From the NCBI GenBank assembly GCA_028826165.1, contig JAPDFW010000132.1, positions 1 to 64,000 of the forward strand: a stretch of DNA of 64,000 nt. The letters run 5' to 3'. Made by a program: the position numbers and the translations under genes. This stretch comes from Anaeramoeba ignava BMAN (Eukaryota; Protista; Anaeramoebae). Positions 1-10,152 of this stretch are shown here, one piece after another; position 1 is the first letter of the stretch; each line of letters opens with the position of its first letter. The notes below the pieces were generated by a model. The model was not told the DNA's origin and ran no database searches. It worked only from the letters and a program-made list of their open reading frames with translations.

Positions 1-59
1 AATTTATATTTAATGAAAGTATTACATTTTAAATCAATTTTATAATTACCTTCCTTTTA

Positions 60-2606
60 TAACAATTTTAAATCAATTTTTATATCAATTTTTAAATCAA
101 TTTTAAATCAATTTTCATATATTAATTTTATAGCTAATTTTTATATATTAATTTTAAATCAAATTTTATATCAATTACATATCAATTTTTATATCACTTT
201 TATACACTTATATCAATTTTAAGTAATTAATTTTTAAATTAATTTTATATTAATTTTATATTAATTTTTATAATAATTTTATATCAATTTTATATTAATT
301 TTATATCAATTTTTATATTAATTTTTAAATTTTAATTTTTGATATCAATTTTATGTCATTTTTATATTAATTTTTTATATTAATTTTTATATTAATTTTT
401 ATATTATATTAATTTTATATCAATTTTATATTAATTTTTATATTAATTTTATATCAATTTTAAATTAATTTTATATTAATTTTATACACTTATATTCAAT
501 TTTTATATCAATTTTTATTATTTTATATCAATTTTAAATTAATTTTATATTTTTTATATTAATTTTAAATTAATTTATATCCAATTTAAAATTAATTTTA
601 TATTAATTTTAAAATTATTTTTAAATTAATTTATATTAATTTTAAATCAATTTTATATCAATTTTAAATCAATTTTATATCAATTTTTAAATCAATTTTA
701 TATTAATTTTAAATCAATTTTAAATTAATTTTATATCAATTTTAAATTAATTTTATATCAATTTTAATTAATTTTATATCAATTTTATATTAATTTTATA
801 TTAATTTTTATATTAATTTTATATTAATTTTATATTAATTTTATATTAATTTTATATTAATTTTATATCAATTTTTATATTAATTTTTATATTAATTTTA
901 AATCAATTTTATATCAATTTTATATTAATTTTATATTAATTTTATATTAATTCTTTTATATTAATTTTATATTAATTTTATATTAATTTTATATTAATTT
1001 TATATTAATTTTATATTTATTTAATTTTTATATTAATTTTTATTAATTTTATATTAATTTTATATAATTTTATATCAATTTTATATTAAATTTTAAATCA
1101 ATTTTATATTAATTTTATATTAATTTTATATTAATTTTATATTACTTTTTATATTAATTTTATATTAATTTTTATATTAATTTTATATTAATTTTAAATT
1201 AATTTTATATATTAATTTTTATTTTAATTAATTTTAAATTAATTTAAATATTAATTTTAAATTAATTTTATATTAATTTTATATCAATTTTAAAATTAAT
1301 TTTATATTAATTTTTATATTAATTTTATATTAATTTTATATTAATTTTATATTAATTTTATATTAATTTTATATCAATTTTAAATCAATTTTAAATTAAT
1401 TTTATATTAATTTTAAATTAATTTTATATCAATTTTATATCAATTTTATATTAATTTTAAATCAATTTTATATTAATTTTATATTAATTTTTATATTAAT
1501 TTTTAAATTAATTTTAAATTAATTTTATATTAATTTTTAAATTAATTTTATATCAATTTTAAATCAATTTTATATCAATTTTAAATCAATTTTTATATCA
1601 ATTTTATATTAATTTTATATTAATTTTATATTAATTTTAAATTAATTTATATCAATTACATATCAATTTTATATTAATTTTTATATTTTTATATTATTTT
1701 TTATATTTTTTATATTAATTTTATATCAATTTTAAAATTAATTTTATATTAATTTTATATCAATTTTAAATTAATTTTATATCAATTTTAAAATTAATTT
1801 TATATCAATTTTAAAATTAATTTTATATTAATTTTATATTAATTTTATATTAATTTTATATTAATTTTTTATATTAATTTTATATCAATTTTATATCAAT
1901 TTTATATTAATTTTTATATTAATTTTATATTAATTTTATATCAATTTTATATTAATTTTATATCAATTTTATATTAATTTTTATATCAATTTTTATATTA
2001 ATTTTTAAATTAATTTTATATTAATTTCATATTAATTTTATATTAATTTTATATTAATTTTATATTAATTTTATATTAATTTTATATCAATTTTATATTA
2101 ATTTTATATTAATTTTATATTAATTTTAAATCAATTTTTAAATTAATTTTAAATCAATTTTATATTAATTTTATATTAATTTTATATTAATTTTATATTA
2201 ATTTTATATTAATTTTATATTAATTTTATATTAATTTTTAAATCAATTTTATATCAATTTTATATTAATTTTATATTAATTTTATATTAATTTTATGTTA
2301 ATTTTATATTAATTTTATATTAATTTTATATCAATTTTATATTAATTTTATATTAATTTTATATTAATTTTAAATCAATTTTATATTAATTTTATATTAA
2401 TTTTATATCAATTTTAAATTAATTTTAAATCAATTTTATATTAATTTTATATTAATTTTATATCAATTTTATATTAATTTTATATTAATTTTATATTAAT
2501 TTTATATCAATTTTAAATCAATTTTATATTAATTTTATATTAATTTTAAATCAATTTTATATTAATTTCAAATTAATTTTATATTAATTTTAAATCAATT
2601 TTAATT
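60..2606. repeat. ~11-bp AT minisatellite (atattaatttt / atatcaatttt / aaatcaatttt) filling intron 1 of the BABAM1-like gene
   Basis: Continuous degenerate 11-mer array directly after the minus-strand GT donor at 2621-2620. Confidence 0.9.
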
Positions 2607-2621
2607 TCAAAATAAAAATAC

Positions 2622-3062
2622 TTTGAAAGAATTTTGAAGATTTAAAGAAACATGAGGTCTTCCATAAATTAAAATAACATGAACAAAAAACTCTGGATCA
2701 GGAAGAGTAGGAATAGGAGTAGATTCCTTAATAAGATCACAAATTGACATGATATCAAATTTTTTAAATTTTTCAGTAGGTTCTAATTGATCAAGAAAAG
2801 AAACTAATTCATTAGTATCAGTTGAAAAACCTTTAAGAATAACTGGTTTTTCAGAAATTATTGATAATGCATATTCATGTACATTCGAAAGTCTTGATTT
2901 AGATTCTACATACATTTTTATCCCATTTTTTGCTGTTTGAAATAATGTTTCGGAAAATTTATCTCCTTCTATTTCTTCTCTTAATTCTTTGTTTAAATCA
3001 AGACAAATTAATACTTTTTCTTTTGTAAATGTTTTTTTATAATTTGTGTTTTCGTTATCCAT
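2622..3062 (-). CDS. BABAM1: BRISC/BRCA1-A complex member 1 (MERIT40/NBA1)-like VWA protein, exon 1; remainder lies left of the window
   Basis: KEKVLICLDL...KSRLSNVHEYAL...FVHVILIYGRP parallels the MERIT40 pattern EKVIICLDL...KHKIDKSHEFAL...VVRTILVYSRP. Donor TTCAAA|GTATTT at 2621; four TTCATTTT motifs upstream of the ATG. Confidence 0.8.
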
Positions 3063-3290
3063 TTATTAAAAAGAAATAAAAAAATGAAAAAATGAAAAAA
3101 TGAAAAAATGAAAAAATAAAAAAATTTTGTTGTTTTTTGTTTTGTTTCAATTTTTTATTTTGAAATTTGAAATCCAAAATAAATTTGTGTGTTTTTTTCT
3201 TTTCTTTTTCTGCTTTTTTTAAAAAAAAAAAGGATATCGAAAAAAGAAAAAAGAAGAATTAGGGAAAATGAAAAAATTTCAAAGAATCAA

Positions 3291-3410
3291 TCATTTCTTC
3301 TTGACTGGTTCTTCCTTCTTAACTGGTTCCTCCTTCTTGACTGGTTCCTTCTTAACTGGTTCTTGTTTCTTAACTGGTTCTTTCTTAACTGGTTGCTTCT
3401 TTGGTGGCAT
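3291..3410 (-). CDS. 39-aa Lys/Glu/Pro-rich micro-protein MPPKKQPVKKEPVKKQEPVKKEPVKKEEPVKKEEPVKKK (absent from the ORF track)
   Basis: ATG at 3410 in A-rich context, TGA at 3293-3291. Six PVKK repeats vary mainly at synonymous positions (gtt/gtc, aag/aaa, gaa/gag). GC is well above the flanks and a TCACTT motif lies upstream. Confidence 0.7.
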   Translation of the reverse strand: MPPKKQPVKKEPVKKQEPVKKEPVKKEEPVKKEEPVKKK

Positions 3411-3697
3411 TTTGTTTTTTTTGTTTTTGTTTTTAAAAAAAATAAACTTTTTAAAAGAAAAAAGTGAAATTTGTGAAAAAGAATTTTTTGCTTTTAAACT
3501 TTGAAAAATTAATTGGGGGCAATTTCGTGATTTGGGATTTTCACGGCTCTTTATTTTTTGTTCTCATGTCTCTATATAAAAATCTATATTGAAAAATAAT
3601 ATGTAAATATTTTTTAAATACTTTATAAATATATTTTCATTTTAAAATTTTCCCTAATTCTTCTTTTTTTTTTCATTTTTTAATTTATAATTTATTT

Positions 3698-5402
3698 TCA
3701 ATTTAAAATTAATAAAATAAACAAAAATAAAGAAAATTTAAAATGAAAATTTGGAGCTTGATTAGGTTTTTTGCAAATATTTTGAAAAGTTCCATTTGGT
3801 TCATGAATTAATTGATATTCTTTTTCTCCTTGAGAATTTCTAATATAAGTTTCAAATTCTCTTTCATTTTCTTTAACTCTAATAATTCTGGCTCCTTTGA
3901 CAAAATCAATAAAAAATAAGCAAAAATTTTATTTTGATTAGTTCAAAAAAATAAAACAAACAAAAACAAACCTGGAATTGTAGGAGGAATTGGATTATAA
4001 GAACCAAAACCAGATTTTCTTCCATAAACAAGAAAGATTCCTTGATAATTTCCAATATAATCATTTTGATGATCATGACCAACAAAAATAGCATAAACAT
4101 CTTCTTGATCGATAAATGCTTGTAAAAGTTGTGTATTTATTGACCAACAACAAACAGATTCTCCTTTGATTCCTTGATAATTTTTTTTTTTGATTGATTT
4201 TATTTATTTTTAAAAAAAAAAGCAAAAAAAAAGGGAATTTGGAATTAAGGAAAAATTACCATAACAAGAATTATTATCCCAAACAAACATAAATTCAGGA
4301 AGAGGAATATGAAAAAAAGCCATAGCAGGTTTTGTTCCATTATTTTTGGTTTTTAAATAATTTGAGACATTTTTATACCATTCAATTTGATTATAAGAAA
4401 CACAACTCCAACCAGAAACACCTTCACAATCTTTATCTCCTTTACAATTAAAAAAAATTTGAAATTTCAAAAAAACTGTTAAAATTTAATTTGAACTGGC
4501 AAACAAAAACAAAAACAACCAAAACAAAAACAACCAAAACAAAAACAACCAAAACAAAAACAAAAACAAACAAAAAACAAAACAAACAAAACAAAACAAA
4601 CAAAAACAACAACACAAAACAAAACAACAAAAACAAACCGCTGTCAAAAAAATAAAGAATTAATTTGGTTTCATTTGAATTTGATCCAAGAACTTCAAGA
4701 TAATAATTTGAAATTCCATTTATATTTTCTGGACCTTTTTGAGTATAACTTAATTCATTTTCCATTTCAATTTGGATTAAATCATTTTTATTCAAATCCC
4801 TTTAATTTTATTTTTAGATTAATTTTTTCTGAATGAAACTTTTATTTTAAACACAACTAACCCTTCTCCATCATGATTTCCAAATGTAACAGAATATTTT
4901 TTTTTGAAAAAATTTGTCCAATAAATAGCTTTTTTCCAAGAATTTCTTGAATCTGTTTCATATGGATAAAGTAGATCACCTTTTAAAAATCAATTCAAAA
5001 TTAAAATTAAAATCAATTTAAAAATTAAAATTAAAATTAAAATTAAAAAGTGGAACAAAATTAAAATTAAAATTAAATTTAAAATTAAAATTAAAATCAA
5101 AATTAAAATTTAAAAATTAAAATTAAAATTAAAATTAAAATTAAAATTAAAATTAAAATTTAAATTAAAAAACCTGTAAAAATAACAAAATCAAGATTAT
5201 AATTTTCTAATTCAAAATATTTTATTTGAGCAAGATCTGATTCAGTATTTGTGGATTGTAAATTTCCATAATGTAAATCAGTTAATTGCATAATTTGAAA
5301 AATTTCATTATTTCTAAATCTAAGATTTTCTTTTGTTTGAATAAATTGAAGAAAAGAAAAAAGAAGAAAGAAAATGAAAAATAAAAGAAATTTTAGAAAC
5401 AT
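3698..5402 (-). CDS. Calcineurin-like metallophosphoesterase (DCR2/PAP28-29-like) with signal peptide and hydrophobic C-terminus; 6 exons (5402-5174, 4979-4862, 4799-4639, 4439-4260, 4172-3972, 3894-3698)
   Basis: Spliced product carries DLHY, TGDL, FGNHD, FFHIPL and VGHDH motifs. All junctions are GT-AG and in phase. Confidence 0.88.
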
Positions 5403-5658
5403 TTAAAAGAAAAAAAATGAAAAAACAAAATCCAATTTTTCGAAATTTTTTAAATTAATTTTTATAAATAAATTTTATAAATCAATTTTTTAAATCAATT
5501 TGTAATTAAGTTTATAAATTAATTAGTAATTAAGTTTATAAATAAATTGTAAATCAAATTGTAAATTAATGTCAGAAGAAAAATAATCAAAAAGAAAAAT
5601 GGTGATTTGGTTCAAAAAAAAAAATAAATTCATTTTTTCATTTTTTTTATCGCTTCAA

Positions 5659-6729
5659 ATGAGTTCTTCAATTAGTAAAAAAAACAGTTACATACTTGTT
5701 TTAACATATATTACATTATTTGTTATAATAACATTAGTCATCAAATGGAGTCAGACAAACGGTGAATACACTTACAATTTCACAGCAGCTGTCATTGTCA
5801 CTGAGATATTCAAACTAATTGTGTCAACGACAACATATTTTCTATTTGCAAATCAAGAAGAAAAATTGATGACAAAAGTCAAAAATCTGATTGAGTTGAA
5901 AAAACATCATTTGTATTATTCAATTCCGACATTGATTTACGCAATTTATAACAACTTGATATTCATAAACTTGCAGAATTTCAATCCAGCAATTTATCAA
6001 ATCATGATGAACACAAGAATAATTTTCACTGCAATTTTATCAGTTTATCTTCTTAAAAGAACAATAGTGAAAAAACAATGGATTTCTGTTGTGATTTTAT
6101 TTTTCGGTTGTGTTATTGCTCAACCGTTAAAAGGAGCAGAAAAAAATCAACAAGAAAATGAGAACCAAAATTTCCTTTATTTATTTTTCGCTTTTTTACT
6201 TCTTCCCTTTCAAGCGTTTTTATCAAGTCTTGGATCAATAACAAATGAGTTATTATTTAAAAAAGATCTTCAAGAATCAATTTTCATTCAAAATTTTTGG
6301 TTTTATCTTTGGGGTATTTTGTTCAATTCCATTTTCTTTGTGTTTCGAGAAGAAGGTCTCCCAAATCTATTCCAGTACTTTTCACAGAATGGTTTCAAAT
6401 CGATTGCTGTTCCGTTTATGTCGGGACTTGGAGGTCTTGCTTCTGCTTTTTTCTTGAAGTATTTGAGTGCACTTTCAAAGGCTTATGCAACTTCTGTCGA
6501 GTTACTGTTCGTTGTTATCTTTTCAAAAATATGGTTCAAAACAGATATTTCTTTCTTGTTTGTTTTTGCTGTGATGATGGTTTGTTTTGCTATTATTCTT
6601 TATAATTCCGCAAAGTCAGATCATGTTGATGAAAAAAAGAAGAATTTCCCAAAAGATGATTTTAGTGAATTTTCTAAATTAAGAATTGATGATGATGATG
6701 ATGATTATGATGAATTGAAGAATGTTTGA
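5659..6729 (+). CDS. Nucleotide-sugar transporter, SLC35A family (CMP-sialic acid/UDP-Gal-like), intronless
   Basis: About 10 hydrophobic segments; motifs TEIFKL, YSIPTLIYAIYNNL, YQIMMNTRIIFTA, QNFWFYLWG. Start placed at 5659, downstream of TTCATTTT motifs, rather than 5599. Confidence 0.88.
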   Translation: MSSSISKKNSYILVLTYITLFVIITLVIKWSQTNGEYTYNFTAAVIVTEIFKLIVSTTTYFLFANQEEKLMTKVKNLIELKKHHLYYSIPTLIYAIYNNLIFINLQNFNPAIYQIMMNTRIIFTAILSVYLLKRTIVKKQWISVVILFFGCVIAQPLKGAEKNQQENENQNFLYLFFAFLLLPFQAFLSSLGSITNELLFKKDLQESIFIQNFWFYLWGILFNSIFFVFREEGLPNLFQYFSQNGFKSIAVPFMSGLGGLASAFFLKYLSALSKAYATSVELLFVVIFSKIWFKTDISFLFVFAVMMVCFAIILYNSAKSDHVDEKKKNFPKDDFSEFSKLRIDDDDDDYDELKNV

Positions 6730-6829
6730 TCTAAGATTTTTTGTTATTAAAATTCAAAGCAAAACAAAAATAATCTTTTTTTTATTGATTTTTAAATTTA
6801 AAAATTTAAATCTAAATAAACAACATTTT

Positions 6830-8310
6830 TAAATTTAATTTAATTATTATTTTAAATTAATTATAATTAAAATTATTTAAATAAAATTAATTAAAATATT
6901 TATTCTTAATTTTATAATATTTCTTAATTAAAATTATTTTAAATTTAATTATAAATTTATTTAAATTTTAATTTTAAATATAATTTAATTATTATTTTAT
7001 ATTAATTATTATTAAAATTATTTAAATAAAATTAATTAAAATATTTATTCTTAATTTTATAATATTTCTTAATTAAAATTATTTTAAATTTAATTATAAA
7101 TTTATTTAAATTTTAATTTTAAATTTAAATTTTATTATTATTTTATATTAATTATAATTTAAAATAATTTAAATAAAATTAATTAAAAATATTTATTCTT
7201 AATTTTATAACATTTCTTAATTAAAATAATTATAAATTTAATTATAAATTTATTTAAATTTTAATTTTAAATTTAATTTAATTATTATTTTATATTAATT
7301 ATAATTAAAATTATTTAAATAAAATTAATTAAAATATTTATTCTTAATTTTATAATATTTCTTAATTAAAATTTATTTAAATTTAATTATAAATTTATTT
7401 AAATTTTAATTTTAAATATAATTTTATTATTATTTTATATTAATTATTATTAAAAATTATTTAAATAAAATTAATTAAAATATTTATTCTTAATTTTTTT
7501 ATAATATTTTTTCTTAATTAAAATTATTTTTTTAAATTTAATTATAAATTTATTTTAAATTTTAATTTTAAATTTAATTTAATTATTATTTTTATATTAA
7601 TTATAATTAAAATAATTTTTAAATAAAATTAATTAAAATATTTATTCTTAATTTTATAATATTTCTTAATTAAAATAATTATAAATTTAATTATAAATTT
7701 ATTTAAAATTTTAATTTTAAATTTAATTTAATTATTATTTTTATATTAATTATAATTAAAATTATTTAAATAAAATTAATTAAAATATTTATTCTTAATT
7801 TTTTATAATATTTCATAATTAAAATTTATTTAAATTTAATTATAAATCTAAAATAAATTTTAATTTTAAATTTAATTTTAATTATTATTTTATATTAATT
7901 ATTATTAAAATAATTTAAATAAAATTAATTAAAATATTTATTCTTAATTTTATAATATTTCTTAATTAAAATTTATTTTAAATTTAATTATAAATTTATT
8001 TAATTTTTAATTTTAAATTTAATTTAATTATTATTTTATATTAATTATTATTAAAATTATTTAAATAAAATTAATTAAAATATTTATTCTTAATTTTGTA
8101 ACATTTCTTAATTAAAATAATTTTAAATTTAATTATAAATTTAAATAAATTTTAATTTTAAATATAATTTTATTATTATTTTATATTAATTATTATTAAA
8201 ATTATTTAAATAAAATTAATTAAAATATTTGGACTTAATTGTGACATTTTTATTAAATAAAAATAATTATAAAAATAATTATAAATTTAAATAAATTTTA
8301 ATTCTAAATT
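6830..8310. repeat. ~146-bp-unit tandem satellite, about 10 copies, nearly all A/T
   Basis: Marker 'tattc' recurs at 6901, 7046, 7194, 7339, 7485, 7643, 7790, 7939 and 8085, with a degenerate copy near 8230. Confidence 0.9.
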
Positions 8311-8463
8311 TAATTCAATGTGGATCCAATAAAGAAATATGAGTCAACAAATCCAAATAAAAAAAGAAAAAAAAAAGAAAAAAAAAAAAAAAATTTTTAA
8401 TTAAAAAAAAAAAAAAGTTCACAAAAAGAGAAATCATTTTTTTTTTTCAAATTAAAAACAAAA

Positions 8464-9960
8464 ATGCTTTCAATAATAGGAGCAAAAAATTATAAAAAAC
8501 AAATTCCATTAACACCATTAGTAAAATTTACAGCATATGCACAAAAAGAACCAAGTTTTCTTGAACAAGTAGAAATCTACTTTGATCGAGCAGCAAAAAT
8601 GACAGATCATCCAAAAGGATTATTAGAATACATTAAGAAATGCAAATTGACACTTTGTGTTTCTTTTCCTTTTGAAGTCAAAACTGACAAGGGAAAAGAT
8701 TGGAAAACGATTGAAGGGTTCCGCGCTCAGCACTCCCACCACAGATTACCCACGAAGGGCGGAATTCGATACAGTGAAGATGTCAATCTCCAAGAAGTTC
8801 AAGCACTTGCTTCTTTGATGACTTTCAAATGTGCTTGTGTTGACGTGCCTTTCGGGGGCGGAAAAGGAGGGATCAAAATTAATCATAAGAAATTTACCGA
8901 GTTAGAACTTGAGAAGATCACAAGGCGCTTTACCGTTGAGCTTCTCAAGAAGAAGTTCATTGGACCTGCAATTGATGTTCCTGCGCCTGACTATGGCACA
9001 GGACCGAGGGAGATGGGCTGGATCATGGACACCTATTCCACTTTCAGTCCCGATGACATCAATTATCAAGGAATCGTGACTGGGAAACAGGTCGGTCAAG
9101 GCGGGATCCGTGGTCGTACCCAGGCCACAGGTCTCGGAGTGTTTTTTGCCGTGAGAGAAGCCATGAAGGATGAGAAAGAGATGTTGAGACTTGGTTTGAC
9201 AGCAGGAGTTGCCGGAAAAACCGTTATTGTGACAGGTTTTGGAAATGTCGGTTATTGGTCTGCAAAGTCGTTTTTCGAGCGCGGAAAGTGCAAAATTGTC
9301 GGTATTTCTGAGTGGAATGGTGCTGTCTATAATCCTAACGGTCTTGATATTGATGAGCTTTTTAAATGGTGGAAACAGAACGGAACTCTTCTCAATTTCC
9401 CCGGCGCTGAAAGCATCCCCAATCCGGATGATCTCATGGCACGCGATGCCGACATCTTGATCCCAGCCTGTCTCGAAGGGCAGATCAATAAAGAAACCGC
9501 TCCCACAATCAAGGCGAAGATCATCGGAGAAGGTGCTAATGGTCCTTGCACTGCTGGAGGTGAGGAAATTCTCGAGAAGAGAGGCGTGATGATAGTCCCA
9601 GACCTATACGCTAATGCTGGTGGTGTGACCGTCAGTTATTTTGAATGGCTCAAGAATCTCTCTCATGTTCGATTTGGTCGAATGACCCAAAGATATGAAG
9701 AATACTCAAAAGAAATTCTTCTTGATTTTCTTGAGAAAAAATTCGATAAGAAATTCACTTTGCAAGAGAAAGAAGCTATTATTAAAGGTGCTGATGAGGA
9801 GGACTTGGTTGTTAGTGGTCTTGAACACACAATGATTGCTTCTTTGAAACAAATTAAACAAACTGCTGCCAAATATCGAACTACTTTGAGAACTGCTGCT
9901 TATATTAATTCTATTAATAAGATTGCTTTTACTTACACTGATTTGGGTGTTTGGCCTTAA
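8464..9960 (+). CDS. gdh: NAD(P)-dependent glutamate dehydrogenase, GLUD1-like with antenna region; probable organellar presequence; intronless
   Basis: PTKGGIRY, PFGGGKGG, DVPAPD, GFGNVG, EGANGP and NAGGVTVSYFEW motifs. Confidence 0.96.
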   Translation: MLSIIGAKNYKKQIPLTPLVKFTAYAQKEPSFLEQVEIYFDRAAKMTDHPKGLLEYIKKCKLTLCVSFPFEVKTDKGKDWKTIEGFRAQHSHHRLPTKGGIRYSEDVNLQEVQALASLMTFKCACVDVPFGGGKGGIKINHKKFTELELEKITRRFTVELLKKKFIGPAIDVPAPDYGTGPREMGWIMDTYSTFSPDDINYQGIVTGKQVGQGGIRGRTQATGLGVFFAVREAMKDEKEMLRLGLTAGVAGKTVIVTGFGNVGYWSAKSFFERGKCKIVGISEWNGAVYNPNGLDIDELFKWWKQNGTLLNFPGAESIPNPDDLMARDADILIPACLEGQINKETAPTIKAKIIGEGANGPCTAGGEEILEKRGVMIVPDLYANAGGVTVSYFEWLKNLSHVRFGRMTQRYEEYSKEILLDFLEKKFDKKFTLQEKEAIIKGADEEDLVVSGLEHTMIASLKQIKQTAAKYRTTLRTAAYINSINKIAFTYTDLGVWP

Positions 9961-10152
9961 TTCCTCTTTTATTCTCTTTTTCTCTTTTTCTTTTTTCTTT
10001 TTCTTTTTTTTCTTCAATGAGTTCAAATCAATTTTAAAATAAAAACTCAATCAATTTTCTAGTTAATCTAAAATTAAAAAATTAAATTAAAATTTAAAAC
10101 TTTTTTTATTTAAAATTTAATTAAAATTAAAATTTAATTATTAAAATTTCTT

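Noticed and set aside
3189-3504. Plus-strand ORFs with FLTGS or LLNWF repeats
   Set aside because: Antisense shadows of the minus-strand PVKK micro-ORF, which has the proper start context, upstream motif and synonymous pattern.
8700-9660. High GC in the GDH core as evidence of recent bacterial transfer
   Set aside because: The protein is of the eukaryotic antenna type with a presequence, and GC also rises in the middle of other long exons.
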